The notes under the pieces were generated by a model that had not been told where the DNA came from, ran no database searches, and was given only the letters and a program-made list of their open reading frames with translations. A program made the position numbers and the translations under genes. A DNA stretch of 64,000 nt from Methanobacteriota archaeon (lineage in GTDB: Archaea > Thermoplasmatota > Poseidoniia > Poseidoniales > Thalassarchaeaceae). Each line of letters opens with the position of its first letter. The stretch's first letter is position 1. Below are positions 1-10,951 of the stretch, piece after piece. The stretch covers positions 1,411-65,410 of the forward strand of contig PANM01000013.1 of NCBI GenBank assembly GCA_002708385.1. The letters run 5' to 3'.

Positions 1-3000
1 AAAAGTATGCTCATGAAACAGAAGTCGCTAAAATTTTCTCCCAAAAAGATGGAGTTAGAAAGCCATTGAATATCGAAAAGCGCCGTGATGGTATGCTAAT
101 GGTCAAAATCCCAAGTGCGGGTACTACTCCAATTCCAGTTGTTCTGTTGATGCGTTCTCTGGGAATGGAAAATGACAAAGAAATATTCACAGCAATTGCA
201 GGTCCTGCAGAGGCAATGAAGTATACAGTTGCAAACCTAAACGATGTCAAGGATAACGAAGAATACAATGTCGAAACCTCTGAGGAAGCACTTCAGTGGT
301 TAGAAAAGAAATTCGCCGCCGGTCAACAAAAAGAATACCGTGAGGCTAGAATTCAAAATTTGTTGGATAAGGAATTACTACCTCACCTTGGTTCAGGCCC
401 CGAACACCGAGAGAAGAAATCAATATTCCTAGGTAGAATTGTCCGCCAAGTTTTGGAAATGGCGATTACAGACAAGGATCCAAACGACAAGGACCACTAT
501 GCGAACAAGCGCGTTCGTCTAGCTGGAGATCTAGTCGAGGACTTATTCCGTGTCAGTATGCAACAACTCGCTAGAGATCTGAAATACCAATTAGAGCGAC
601 ATCACAATAGGAAGCGCGAATTGAAAATCAACTCTTGCCTACGTCCTGATGTTTTAACTCAGAAGATAATGCATGCTTTGGCGACCGGAAATTGGGTTGG
701 CGGACGTAGCGGAGTGAGTCAGTTGCTTGACCGAACGACATATCTTGCCGCTTTGTCACACATGAGAAGAGTCACCAGCCCATTGGTTCGGAGTCAACCT
801 CATTTCGAGGCTCGTGACTTACACCCAACTCAATGGGGGAGATTATGCCCCAACGAAACTCCTGAAGGTCAAAATTGTGGGCTTGTGAAAAACGCCTCTC
901 AAATGATTGACGTATCCGAGGAGGTTCACGAAAATGATGTAAAGCAACTTCTCAGCGAAGCCGGTGTCGATTCTTCACCTGCAGGTTGGGCTGAGGGTTT
1001 CAGAGTTCACGTCAACGGTGATATTTTCGGATTGCACAAAAACGCCACTAAGTTGGTTAATCAATTCAAGCGTCGCCGCCGACAAGGACGAATTCGTCCT
1101 GAAGTTAGCATCCGATACGATGGAGCTAACCGGGATATTTACATCAATACTGACAGAGGTCGAATATTGAGGCCCTTACTTGTCCTCGAAGACGGCGATT
1201 TAGTATTATCAAAAGAGCATCTGGACTTTATTAGATCAGGCGAATGGACATTCGCTGATTTGGTGTCCAATGGAATTGTTGAATGGGTAGATGCGGAAGA
1301 AGAAGAAGACCTCCTAATTGCCCCACGGCCTTTCGATTTGCCTATGGTTTCACCTAAGCATGGTCGGCCAATTAATCCCGCGGCAGTCGAGTGGGTTAAT
1401 CTAGGCGCTTCCCAAATCAAGAAGGCTAAGTTGCGGGTAGAAGTCAAGATGCCAAATGGAGATGTTGAAATCGAGAATTTCAGCGTTCCTCTGAACTATT
1501 TCCAAGAAGAGCTAGAAAGCATAAGACGCAAGCAAAAGCGGCAAAATACAGTTCTTGCCTATACCCACGTAGAAATCGATCCACAATTAATTCTAGGTGT
1601 CTGCGCTTCTCTGGTTCCTTATCCTGAACACAATTCCACTCCGAGAGTCACCGGTGGTACAGCTATGGTGAAGCAAAGCCTTGGCCTTCCTAGTGCGAAC
1701 TACCGACTCAGGCCAGACACACGGATGCATGTTATGCACTATCCACAACAATCGATAGTTGGAACACGTTCCATGAAAACCACAAACTTTGCTCAAAGAC
1801 CAGGGGGTCAAAACTTCGTAGTTGCAATATTGAGCCACCATGGTTACAACATGCAAGATGCTGTTGTAATGAATAGAGCGGCCGTTGAGCGGTCCTTAGC
1901 CCGTTCATCTTTCATTCGAACATACAACGCTGAGAACAAACAATTCCCTGGTGGTCAAAAAGAACAAATCGAGATTCCAGGTACTGGCCTTGATGAGGTC
2001 AAGGGGCTCAAATCATGGGAAAGCTACGTTCACTTAGAAAGAGATGGATTGCCAACACCAGAAACCTATCTATCTAGCGAGGGTGCCGAGATTGGGGTTT
2101 TGGTAGGGAAGACTAGCCCACCTAGATTCCTGGAGGAATCTCATGGCCACTTCCTACAAGCCCAAGAAAGAAGAGAATCGTCAATGATGGTACGTAATGG
2201 GGAATCTGGTTGGGTCGACAACGTATATGTTACAGAATCCCTAGATTCAGGTCTACTTTGCAGAATCAGTCTCAGAACCGAAAAGGTTCCTGAACTCGGA
2301 GATAAATTTGCAAGTCGTCACGGGCAAAAGGGAATTATTGGCAGGTTGGTCGATGAAAAAGATATGCCGTTTACGGAAGATGGTATCGTACCTGACCTTA
2401 TCATCAACCCACACGCTATCCCATCAAGGATGACCGTCGCGCACGTTCTTGAAATGATAGGTGGAAAGGTTGGTTCAATGGAAGGTCGCCAAATTGATGG
2501 AACCGCATTCAGTGGTGAGAAGGAAGAATCCCTACGTTCGGGTCTCCTTCGAAACGGATTCGCTCATACCGGAAGGGAAGGGATGATTAGCGGCGAAACC
2601 GGAGAAACTTTCGAGTCTGAGATTTTCACAGGAGTAATCTTCTACCAAAGACTCCATCACTTAGTAAGTAGTAAGTTGCACGCTAGAAGTCGTGGTCGAG
2701 TTCAGATTTTGACTCGTCAGCCAACCGAAGGGCGTGCTCGTCAAGGAGGTCTGCGATTTGGTGAAATGGAGAGAGACTGTCTGATTGCTCACGGTGCATC
2801 CATGGTAATCAAGGATAGGCTACTTGACGAATCTGATGGATGGCCTCTAATGGTGTGCAACAACAGTGGTTGCGGTCACATCGCTTATTATGACTGGAAG
2901 AGGAGAACGCCGGTGTGTCCGGTTTGTGGCGATAGAGCAGATGTTCACTCAGTTCAGACCTCATATGCATTCAAACTACTCCTGGATGAGATGAAAAGTC

Positions 3001-3041
3001 TTGGAGTGGCTATGCGCCTAGAACTGGAGGACAGAAGATGA
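1..3041 (+). CDS. rpoB: DNA-directed RNA polymerase subunit B (Rpo2), 5'-truncated by the window edge; unsplit form
   Basis: Frame 3 is open from nt 3 (KYAHETEVAKIF...), so the listed TTG at 66 is internal. Hallmark blocks GDKFASRHGQKG, NPHAIPSRMT, GEMERDC and a C-terminal Cys4 ribbon CNNSGCG..CPVCG. ATGA overlap with the next gene. Confidence 0.95.
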   Translation, partial: KYAHETEVAKIFSQKDGVRKPLNIEKRRDGMLMVKIPSAGTTPIPVVLLMRSLGMENDKEIFTAIAGPAEAMKYTVANLNDVKDNEEYNVETSEEALQWLEKKFAAGQQKEYREARIQNLLDKELLPHLGSGPEHREKKSIFLGRIVRQVLEMAITDKDPNDKDHYANKRVRLAGDLVEDLFRVSMQQLARDLKYQLERHHNRKRELKINSCLRPDVLTQKIMHALATGNWVGGRSGVSQLLDRTTYLAALSHMRRVTSPLVRSQPHFEARDLHPTQWGRLCPNETPEGQNCGLVKNASQMIDVSEEVHENDVKQLLSEAGVDSSPAGWAEGFRVHVNGDIFGLHKNATKLVNQFKRRRRQGRIRPEVSIRYDGANRDIYINTDRGRILRPLLVLEDGDLVLSKEHLDFIRSGEWTFADLVSNGIVEWVDAEEEEDLLIAPRPFDLPMVSPKHGRPINPAAVEWVNLGASQIKKAKLRVEVKMPNGDVEIENFSVPLNYFQEELESIRRKQKRQNTVLAYTHVEIDPQLILGVCASLVPYPEHNSTPRVTGGTAMVKQSLGLPSANYRLRPDTRMHVMHYPQQSIVGTRSMKTTNFAQRPGGQNFVVAILSHHGYNMQDAVVMNRAAVERSLARSSFIRTYNAENKQFPGGQKEQIEIPGTGLDEVKGLKSWESYVHLERDGLPTPETYLSSEGAEIGVLVGKTSPPRFLEESHGHFLQAQERRESSMMVRNGESGWVDNVYVTESLDSGLLCRISLRTEKVPELGDKFASRHGQKGIIGRLVDEKDMPFTEDGIVPDLIINPHAIPSRMTVAHVLEMIGGKVGSMEGRQIDGTAFSGEKEESLRSGLLRNGFAHTGREGMISGETGETFESEIFTGVIFYQRLHHLVSSKLHARSRGRVQILTRQPTEGRARQGGLRFGEMERDCLIAHGASMVIKDRLLDESDGWPLMVCNNSGCGHIAYYDWKRRTPVCPVCGDRADVHSVQTSYAFKLLLDEMKSLGVAMRLELEDRR

Positions 3042-6000
3042 GTGCCCGCGGAGTTGCTAAAATCCCAAAGAGGATTGATTCGATTAAATTTAGTCTGATG
3101 GATCCGAATGAAATACGAAAGATGTCTGCAGTCGAAGTAAAGACAGCTGATACCTACAAGGATGATGGTCACGCATTCAAACAAGGTCTAATGGACCCAA
3201 AAATGGGAGTTATAGACCCCGGAGTTCGATGTGAAACCTGTGGTAACAAACATGACGAATGTCCTAGTCACTTTGGACACATCGCTCTTGAATTACCTGT
3301 AATGCACATAGGTTTCACTCCTTTAATCAAAACCACATTGAAGTGTACCTGCAATGAATGTAGCCAAATTTTGCTACACAGTGCTGCTGACACACATCCG
3401 TTAGATCCAGAAAAATCCGAACAAGATTACTACCGTGATCGTGTTCATGATGTGATGAGAAAACATGGAGTTGGTTCGACTGAATTCAAGAAGATTATCA
3501 AAGAAATAGAGAAGGAATGCTCTAGCGCTAAGCGTGCAATTTGTATGCACTGTGGTTCTGAGCAAGGAAAGATTATTCTCGATAAACCAACAACCTTCAA
3601 AGAGAAGAAAGCTGACAAGGGAGAACATAAACTCAATGCACGTGATATTCGTGAATGGCTTGAGAAAATACCGGATGAACATTTGATATTCTTAGGTATG
3701 GACAGTCATTCCAGCAGGCCTGAATGGTCCATAATGAAAGTTCTTCCAGTCCCTCCAATAACTGTTCGTCCATCAATCACACTAGACAGTGGCGATAGAT
3801 CAGAAGACGATTTAACTCACAAACTCGTTGACGTTCTGAGAATTAACCAACGATTAAGAGAAAATCGAGATGCAGGTGCTCCTCAATTAATTGTGGAAGA
3901 TCTGTGGGAGTTGTTACAATATCACGTAACTACATACTTTGACAATCAAACAAGTGGTATCCCACCTGCCAGACATCGTTCCGGTAGGCCATTGAAGACT
4001 CTCTCGCAACGGTTGAAGGGTAAAGAAGGTAGATTCAGGAGCAATCTTTCCGGAAAGAGGGTTAACTTCTGTGCCAGAACCGTAATTAGTCCTGATCCAA
4101 ATTTAGGAATTAACGAAGTTGGTGTGCCTGTGAGAACCGCAAAGGAACTCACAGTACCAATTCGTTCAACCAGTAGGAATCGCGAACAATTGAGAAGAAT
4201 GATTCTTCGCGGGCCTGATGTACACCCTGGTGTCAACTATATCATCCGTGGTGATAGTTTCCGTGTCAGAATTACTGACAGAACAAAATACATCCGGGCA
4301 GGTTTCCGATGCCTCAATCCAGACTGTCATTGTGGCAGTGATGATGAACCATATCCTGGTTACAGACCTGACCTCAACACTGTATTACCGTCCCCCAATT
4401 TCCTTCCTGGGCTTGAGTTGAAAAAACAAATGAAAAGGAATGAATTGGGAGATTTAGAAGACATTTGGTCTGTTGATTTAGATGGCACCCTAGCTAACCT
4501 ACGCGGTGAAGACGATAATGGACGTCCACTACCTGAAGATGATCCAAGAGCTGTAATTCATCACCGCTGGGTTTGGGAACAAAATAATCCTGACGAATAT
4601 CTACCAGAACACCTCGAAGTCAACTGCCCACACTGCGGTAGCCCGGCAATAGAGGATGAGTATGGTGAAGTTTATCGGACTGAAGTCGAAGACCGTCTAT
4701 CACCATACGACAGAGAGGGCAATCCTCGTCCTGGTGTTATTGTAGAGAGGCACCTAATTGATGGAGACGTTGCAATATTCAACAGACAACCATCACTACA
4801 CCGAATGTCTATGCTTGTTCACGAAGTTAGAGTCATGCCAGGAAAGACATTCCGCTTCAACTTAGCAGATTGTACTCCATACAACGCTGACTTTGATGGA
4901 GATGAAATGAACCTACACGTAATTCAATCAGAGGAAGCAAGAGCTGAAGCCAAAATTTTGATGAGGGTTCAGGAACATATCATTACTCCTCGGTATGGAG
5001 GTGCTGTCATCGGAGGAATCCATGACCATATATCCGGTGCTTATCTTTTAACTCATGGCGAGAGAGTAATTCCCAAGGAATTAGCAATGGAAGTTCTCGG
5101 TTCGGTTGGTTGGGATGGTGATATGCCGCAAGAGATAACTACGAAAGAAGGCGTAGTTGGATACAAAGGAGCAGACTTACTCAGTTTGATTGTACCAGCA
5201 GGCTTCAAACTGAATTATACTAGTAGAAGCGGCGATAATGTCAACGTAACATCCACAGGAATTGTCAGTGGTACTGTAGACAAGCGTGGAATAGGCGCAG
5301 AAGATGGTCGACTTCTTGATGCGGTCGTTCAAACTCATGGTACAGATAGGGGTGCAGAATTCCTAAATCGAATGACAAAAATGACAATCGCAATTTGTAC
5401 AGCATTAGGATTTACAACAGGTATCGATGATGAGGATTTACCATCTGCAGCAATCAAAGAAATTTCTGAAATCAACGCCCGTGCCAGCGATGCAGTCGAT
5501 GCTGAATTAGCAAAGTTCGGTAAAGATGGACGAAGATATGAAACTAGACCCGGTAGAACCCCCTCTGAGACACTTGAGGAAAATATTCTGCAGATTCTAG
5601 ATTCAGCCAAGGCCGAATCAGGAAACGTTGCAAAATCATACCTTGGAGAAGACAACTCAGCCGTAATTATGGCTACTTCCGGTGCTCGTGGTTCAATGGA
5701 TAACTTAGCGATGATGGCAGGTTCTATTGGGCAACCTAAAGTTCGTGGTAAGAGATTAGAAAGAGGATACCAAGACAGAGTGTTGTCTCACTTCCCTCGC
5801 AACGTAATGGGTGCTGAAGAGAAAGGTTTTGTCTCCTCTTCATTCAAACAAGGTCTACAACCTACTGAGTTCTTTATGCTATCAGTGTCAGGAAGAGAGT
5901 CTTTGGTTGATACTGCAGTTCGTACCTCAAAATCAGGTTACATGCAGCGTCGATTGATTAACGCAATGGACGACCTGAAAGTCACTGAAGATGAAAATGG

Positions 6001-6136
6001 ATCTGTAAGAAATACTGCTGATAGGATTATTCAATTCGAATATGGAGAAGATGGAATTGATCCGGCTCGAAGCAGAAAAGGGCTTCCGTTTGACATAACT
6101 AAGGTTCTAGATGATGCATTGGGGGGTGATGAGTGA
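3038..6136 (+). CDS. rpoA1: DNA-directed RNA polymerase subunit A' (Rpo1N), with a ~145-aa lineage-specific insertion
   Basis: N-terminal zinc motifs [17 protein letters not shown]. Also [10 protein letters not shown] and the catalytic [10 protein letters not shown]. 1032 aa versus roughly 880-920 aa typical for A'. Confidence 0.95.
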   Translation: MSARGVAKIPKRIDSIKFSLMDPNEIRKMSAVEVKTADTYKDDGHAFKQGLMDPKMGVIDPGVRCETCGNKHDECPSHFGHIALELPVMHIGFTPLIKTTLKCTCNECSQILLHSAADTHPLDPEKSEQDYYRDRVHDVMRKHGVGSTEFKKIIKEIEKECSSAKRAICMHCGSEQGKIILDKPTTFKEKKADKGEHKLNARDIREWLEKIPDEHLIFLGMDSHSSRPEWSIMKVLPVPPITVRPSITLDSGDRSEDDLTHKLVDVLRINQRLRENRDAGAPQLIVEDLWELLQYHVTTYFDNQTSGIPPARHRSGRPLKTLSQRLKGKEGRFRSNLSGKRVNFCARTVISPDPNLGINEVGVPVRTAKELTVPIRSTSRNREQLRRMILRGPDVHPGVNYIIRGDSFRVRITDRTKYIRAGFRCLNPDCHCGSDDEPYPGYRPDLNTVLPSPNFLPGLELKKQMKRNELGDLEDIWSVDLDGTLANLRGEDDNGRPLPEDDPRAVIHHRWVWEQNNPDEYLPEHLEVNCPHCGSPAIEDEYGEVYRTEVEDRLSPYDREGNPRPGVIVERHLIDGDVAIFNRQPSLHRMSMLVHEVRVMPGKTFRFNLADCTPYNADFDGDEMNLHVIQSEEARAEAKILMRVQEHIITPRYGGAVIGGIHDHISGAYLLTHGERVIPKELAMEVLGSVGWDGDMPQEITTKEGVVGYKGADLLSLIVPAGFKLNYTSRSGDNVNVTSTGIVSGTVDKRGIGAEDGRLLDAVVQTHGTDRGAEFLNRMTKMTIAICTALGFTTGIDDEDLPSAAIKEISEINARASDAVDAELAKFGKDGRRYETRPGRTPSETLEENILQILDSAKAESGNVAKSYLGEDNSAVIMATSGARGSMDNLAMMAGSIGQPKVRGKRLERGYQDRVLSHFPRNVMGAEEKGFVSSSFKQGLQPTEFFMLSVSGRESLVDTAVRTSKSGYMQRRLINAMDDLKVTEDENGSVRNTADRIIQFEYGEDGIDPARSRKGLPFDITKVLDDALGGDE

Positions 6137-7713
6137 TGGTTGTTAAGAGTGCAACAAAGAAGAAACTCATGGACCTAGGTATTGCTGAGGAATATGCTCA
6201 CCGACTAGCTGATGATCGAAAATGGGATGATGTCAAGGTTCTTACCGCAGGAGAAATAGCGCAAATCTGTGCTACTGATTCAGGTATGGCACAAAACATC
6301 TCTGAAGTAATTCAAGGTTCCACTAAAGCAGCCCTAAAGGAGAAGAAAGCAGAGAAGACTTTGATTCGACGCCGGGTTACTTCTCGCAGAAGAAAGAAGA
6401 GTTTACTTCCCCTACAAGATTATGATTCTGAGGAAAAAATGATCCAAATCCACCGTGATTTGGATATTGAAAACCCGATGTTCACAAGCCTTTCTAATGC
6501 TGCTGTAAAAGAAAATATCAGAATTTCACCCAAGACAATTAATGACTTAGTAAATGGTTTACTTTCTAGAGGTCAGAAAAAACTGACACCCGCTCAAGCG
6601 CGCAAGGTAGTCACTTGTGCCGCAGCAGATATGAAAATGTCTCGGGTAGATCCGCATGAAGCGGTTGGGATTACCACAGCTCAATCGATTGGAGAACCCG
6701 GTACTCAAATGACTATGCGTACTTTCCACTATGCTGGTGTTGCAACTGTCAACGTAACACAAGGTCTTCCTCGGGTTATCGAAATTGTAGATGCAAGAAA
6801 GGTTCCTAAGACGCCTACAATGCTCGTCTACCTTAATGAAAATGATTCCAAGGGCAAACCTTTGCGAACCAACGAAAAGAAGGTTCAGGCAATTGCTGCC
6901 GCAATAGAAACCACCACCACTAGAGATATTGCTTCGATTGATGTTGACGTTGCACAAAGGCATCTTAATTTGGAACTGAATACCAAAAATATTCGATTGA
7001 AGAAAATGACTGGTGCAGAAGTCAGAGACAAATTGCAAAGAGCTCTTCGCCTATACATTCAGGCTGACGACGAAGATAAGCCTAAGGTTCTGAAAATCAT
7101 TCCAGGGGTGGTGAAAGAGGATGATTTAGCCCAATTAGCAAATGATCCACCAACATATACTGCTCTGTTGCAATTAGAAGATAAAGTCAAGAAATTACGT
7201 TTGAAGGGCCTACCTGATATTGTTAGAGCGAATGTTCAGGGTCCAAACAAGGACACTGGTGAATACTACATTGCAACGATTGGTTCTAACCTTTCCAAGG
7301 TCAGTATGTTCGATGGCGTTAACAGAGGTCGTACTTACACCAATAACATCAATGAAATTTATGGATATCTTGGTGTCGAAGCTGCGAGACAAGCTATAGT
7401 TAACGAGATGAAAGATACACTTGAGGGCGCTGGATTAGAGGTTGATACTAGACACTTAATTACAGTAGCAGATGTAATGACAAGCGAAGGCGAGGTTCGA
7501 GCAATTGGCCGTCATGGTGTTAGTGGTACTAAGCACAGTATATTGGCAAGGTCGGCATTCGAAGTATCCGTTAACCATCTATTGCGAGCTGGTATTATTG
7601 GAGAAAGAGACCACCTTCGTGGTGTAACTGAGAACATCATAGTTGGTCAACCTGTAGCCTTAGGGACTGGTAGCGTAGATCTATTCTACATACCCGAAGA
7701 GACAGGTGCTTGA
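6136..7713 (+). CDS. rpoA2: DNA-directed RNA polymerase subunit A'' (Rpo1C), with a ~110-aa N-terminal extension
   Basis: [20 protein letters not shown] and GLPRVIEI blocks. ATG at 6136 overlaps the rpoA1 TGA by 1 nt. Confidence 0.93.
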   Translation: MVVKSATKKKLMDLGIAEEYAHRLADDRKWDDVKVLTAGEIAQICATDSGMAQNISEVIQGSTKAALKEKKAEKTLIRRRVTSRRRKKSLLPLQDYDSEEKMIQIHRDLDIENPMFTSLSNAAVKENIRISPKTINDLVNGLLSRGQKKLTPAQARKVVTCAAADMKMSRVDPHEAVGITTAQSIGEPGTQMTMRTFHYAGVATVNVTQGLPRVIEIVDARKVPKTPTMLVYLNENDSKGKPLRTNEKKVQAIAAAIETTTTRDIASIDVDVAQRHLNLELNTKNIRLKKMTGAEVRDKLQRALRLYIQADDEDKPKVLKIIPGVVKEDDLAQLANDPPTYTALLQLEDKVKKLRLKGLPDIVRANVQGPNKDTGEYYIATIGSNLSKVSMFDGVNRGRTYTNNINEIYGYLGVEAARQAIVNEMKDTLEGAGLEVDTRHLITVADVMTSEGEVRAIGRHGVSGTKHSILARSAFEVSVNHLLRAGIIGERDHLRGVTENIIVGQPVALGTGSVDLFYIPEETGA

Positions 7714-7726
7714 AGGAGGAATAGAA

Positions 7727-8023
7727 ATGGACTTAGCAAGACAACTCAAACAAGGAATTAGCACTGGAACCGTACTATTCGGACAACGGCAAACAATTAG
7801 TGCTTGTAACAAAGGAGATGCTAGATTGGTTCTGGTTGCGGCGAATTGTCCAGAGGACTATATTTCCAACTTGACAACTAGCCATCCCGATATTACAGTA
7901 CATAGAGTATCGATAGTAAATCGGCAGTTAGGCGCAGCTTGTGCAAAACCCTTCCCAGTTAGCGCATTATGTGTTGTAGACCCCGGTCAATCTGATTTGC
8001 TAACACTGAATGGAAACGTTTGA
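7727..8023 (+). CDS. rpl30e: 50S ribosomal protein L30e
   Basis: L7Ae/L30e-type pattern (GTVLFGQRQT.., ARLVLVAANCP, LGAACAKPFPVSALCVVDPGQSD). GGAGGA at 7715-7720 precedes the ATG. Sits in the canonical position after rpoA2. Confidence 0.85.
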   Translation: MDLARQLKQGISTGTVLFGQRQTISACNKGDARLVLVAANCPEDYISNLTTSHPDITVHRVSIVNRQLGAACAKPFPVSALCVVDPGQSDLLTLNGNV

Positions 8024-8108
8024 TGGCAACATCAAATGACTTCTATTTTGCATCTCGATCAGGCAATATTGGGGATTGCTTTCAAGATATGAATGACTGT
8101 CAGATACC

Positions 8109-9062
8109 ATGGATGATGCCATCGGGGATTTGCTCAAACTCCGTGGTGTCGAATTAACCAAGGCTGAGAGAGTAACTGATTCAGTTGGATTCCGTTGCTT
8201 AGGCATCGCTGAAAAAATACCCGAATTACAGTCTGATACCCGCTCTTCTGTGTACGTTTGGCACATTTCCAAAGGTATTCTTCCAATTAGTGTAGGGGAA
8301 GCCGAAAGATGGTTAGTAGATGTGCCTACAGGATCACATTGGGTTTTAAGTGAAAGAGAGTTTCAAGATCAAGCGAGTAAACTATTGTATTCGGAGTTAA
8401 AAATTGAACTTTGGAGCCCTCAAAAACTCAGTCAATGGATTGGTGAGGCCGTCTTGAGTGGTGAACTCACAGCCCATGCTGCTATTTTTCCTTCTCCACT
8501 AATTACACCTGAAGTTGAAGAAAAATCTGCTCCCGCAGAAAACCTCATTATTTTACAAGCCAAAATCAATCTTGACGAATGGGCTATTCAGAGAGGGATA
8601 GAATTTCTTGACGCAAAACCTATTCTTTTACAAGCAAGGATTTGGAATATCGTTGGAGCCTTAGTTAGTCCTGATGGGCAAAGGGAAGAGGGTGAATGGA
8701 GAGTTCTAGAAGACCCTTGGGCCGATCGTTTAGAGCTCTATAATTCAGAGAATAGTCTACAAACTCCACTCAACCTTAGAATAATTAACTCGCAAGAAAA
8801 CAAATTACTTTCAGAATCCGACCTAAGGGTTATGCTAGTAGGAATTTTGGAAACACGAAAGCAAGGGAAACAACAAACCTCAGAGGGAACTTCCGTTAGA
8901 AGTACAATGCTAGAAAGGTGGTCATTCGATTCTGAAGGTGCTCATCTAGAAAATTTACCTTCAGCCATACCTGGCTGGATTATAGATTATGATGGAAGAA
9001 AACAAATACTCCATTCAAGGAATGGAAGAACATATGATATCAGTTTCTTTGAAGAGCCATAA
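8109..9062 (+). CDS. Hypothetical protein (317 aa), no recognisable domain
   Basis: Long ORF occupying the slot where archaeal nusA normally follows rpl30e. No KH/GxxG motifs. 3' end overlaps the convergent coiled-coil gene by 23 nt. Confidence 0.5.
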   Translation: MDDAIGDLLKLRGVELTKAERVTDSVGFRCLGIAEKIPELQSDTRSSVYVWHISKGILPISVGEAERWLVDVPTGSHWVLSEREFQDQASKLLYSELKIELWSPQKLSQWIGEAVLSGELTAHAAIFPSPLITPEVEEKSAPAENLIILQAKINLDEWAIQRGIEFLDAKPILLQARIWNIVGALVSPDGQREEGEWRVLEDPWADRLELYNSENSLQTPLNLRIINSQENKLLSESDLRVMLVGILETRKQGKQQTSEGTSVRSTMLERWSFDSEGAHLENLPSAIPGWIIDYDGRKQILHSRNGRTYDISFFEEP

Positions 9063-9921
9063 TTTCGTCTGTTGAAAGTGTGTCTCCAGACATCAATCTG
9101 GTCATTAGGTCTGCAACTTCCACTTGTTGGTCTTCTTCAGTGGAACCTCCTTCTCTAACTTCAATAGCCTTCAGTAAATCCTGCATAGAATGTATGCAAC
9201 GAAGCGAAACAATGTATCTGCCGTGTGAAGAATCTGCCTCTCTCTTAGCTCTAGTTACCCCCGACTGAGCAGAATTTGCCTTTCCTCGAAGTCTATCGAC
9301 CTCTTCAGATAATTCTGCCATCAAGTCATGGGCTTCTTGTGCACCCACAACTGCTGTTTTCACCTTCTTGTGTGCATATTCTTGTTTCTTTTCTGCATCA
9401 CGTAGTTGAATTTTTAATTCTCTAATTCCACCATCTGACTTTTGTTCCTTTGCTTCCCTTAATTCTTGGTGTAATTTTTTCATTTTGGATAAAAATTCAC
9501 GTTCCTTTTTTCCAAGAAATCGGCCTTCATTGTACTGCCTTTCTAATCTTTCTATTTCAGTTCTTATCCTACCTGGAGATCTTGTTCTGTTTGATTTTTG
9601 TTCTCTTTCATCTTTAACACCATTTTCAGCAATTTTTTCACGAAAAACGGTTCTGATTTCTCTCAGAATTTCAGTTCTTTCTGCTCTTAATCCTTTTAAC
9701 TCCCGAACTGTTTTATTCGCTTCATCTCTGAGTGATTTTTGATTTTGAACTTCGGTAATCAATTCCTTTACTTGACGATTTAATTCATTTCTCTCATCTA
9801 GTAATTTACGGACCTTAGAATTCCATTGATCCCTCTCTTCTCGGTTATAGGATATTTGTTCTTGAACGTCATCACAAAGAGGTTGTAAAATGCTGCGAAT
9901 TTCCTCGCTTTCCATCTTCAT
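9040..9921 (-). CDS. Archaeal coiled-coil protein, COG1340-like (paralog 1)
   Basis: Heptad-rich Glu/Arg/Lys sequence with two lobes (ERDQWNSKVRKLLDERNELNRQVKEL..., IERLERQYNEG.., EAHDLMAELSEEVDRLRGKAN). Confidence 0.7.
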   Translation of the reverse strand: MKMESEEIRSILQPLCDDVQEQISYNREERDQWNSKVRKLLDERNELNRQVKELITEVQNQKSLRDEANKTVRELKGLRAERTEILREIRTVFREKIAENGVKDEREQKSNRTRSPGRIRTEIERLERQYNEGRFLGKKEREFLSKMKKLHQELREAKEQKSDGGIRELKIQLRDAEKKQEYAHKKVKTAVVGAQEAHDLMAELSEEVDRLRGKANSAQSGVTRAKREADSSHGRYIVSLRCIHSMQDLLKAIEVREGGSTEEDQQVEVADLMTRLMSGDTLSTDEIMALQRN

Positions 9922-9985
9922 TGAATCAACCTCTCAACATTTCGTCCAATAGTTTGCATATAAGGGCATTTGGTAAAGAATAATC

Positions 9986-10951
9986 TCACTCTCTTCGGGT
10001 TGCAGAATTCCCTTTCCTTGGTCCACCGCGAGTAACACCAAGTCTACGCATACCCTTTTTCCGACCTTTTGCTCTTTTTGGTACGGATTTATTTTCATCA
10101 TTCGACTTATCCGATTTTCCTGTAATTTCAGTAAGTCCACCAGATTCCAATAGTGCAGACAATTCATTAGTATTCAACGCGCCACCAGTACTAGCTCTAT
10201 TTTTTACGTCTGTAAGTCGTATTTTCTTTCCTTGTTGGGATGTAATTTTAAGATATGAACGAATTCTTCCAGATTCTTTGCGTAGTTTCTTTCGTTCAGA
10301 TTTGATGGCATCTAGACGTTTATCGATACCATTAATTTCCTTACTCATCCTGCGAATTTCCTTCCTAGTGATTTTGTTTGAATCTAATTCAGTTCCTTCA
10401 GTCACAGTCTCTTCTACATTCAGTTTTGTCTTTTTTGTTGAATCTAAATCAGTCGTAATCTTACGTAATTTTTCTATTTGGGTCACATATCTAGTATGGG
10501 CTTGCTCAGCTTCTCTCTTTCGAACAACTGCGGCTTGTAACTCAAAGAATCTCCTAAATGATTCGAGTTCTCTATTGATTGTTTGAACTGCAGTAAGGTC
10601 GTTATCGATTGTTGTTAACTTCGAATATGTGTCAGCCATCCATTCTTCCAAGACAGAAGCAGGCGGAGGGATGGAAATGTTGACCTTATCTCGTAATTGC
10701 CTTTCTTTGTCCGCTTTTTTCTTAATTTCGTGAAATCCCCTCAATAAATTGCGTCTTTCTCCGTCCACTTCTTCTATACCACCAATAGCGGATCTTAATG
10801 ATTTTACAATTTCAACCTGGGAGCGTCTTTCTTGTCTTAGGGAATTAAATTCATCATCGAGAGAGCGCAAATCCCTCTCTAATTGCTTGGACTTTTCATC
10901 GATTTCGACATGAGGTAGCGCCTCAAGGTCATCAAATAGCCCTTCACTCAT
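9986..10951 (-). CDS. Coiled-coil protein, divergent COG1340-like (paralog 2) with a basic C-terminal tail
   Basis: Same two-lobe helical architecture. Tail KRAKGRKKGMRRLGVTRGGPRKG. 4-nt overlap with the upstream paralog implies an operon. Confidence 0.6.
   Translation of the reverse strand: MSEGLFDDLEALPHVEIDEKSKQLERDLRSLDDEFNSLRQERRSQVEIVKSLRSAIGGIEEVDGERRNLLRGFHEIKKKADKERQLRDKVNISIPPPASVLEEWMADTYSKLTTIDNDLTAVQTINRELESFRRFFELQAAVVRKREAEQAHTRYVTQIEKLRKITTDLDSTKKTKLNVEETVTEGTELDSNKITRKEIRRMSKEINGIDKRLDAIKSERKKLRKESGRIRSYLKITSQQGKKIRLTDVKNRASTGGALNTNELSALLESGGLTEITGKSDKSNDENKSVPKRAKGRKKGMRRLGVTRGGPRKGNSATRRE

Noticed and set aside
4301-4735. Possible mini-intein in rpoA1 (the insert starts with Cys-Leu and is about 145 aa long)
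   Set aside because: There is no C-terminal His-Asn followed by Cys/Ser/Thr, no TxxH block B, and the sequence is acidic and Pro-rich rather than HINT-like. I treat it as a genuine insertion domain.
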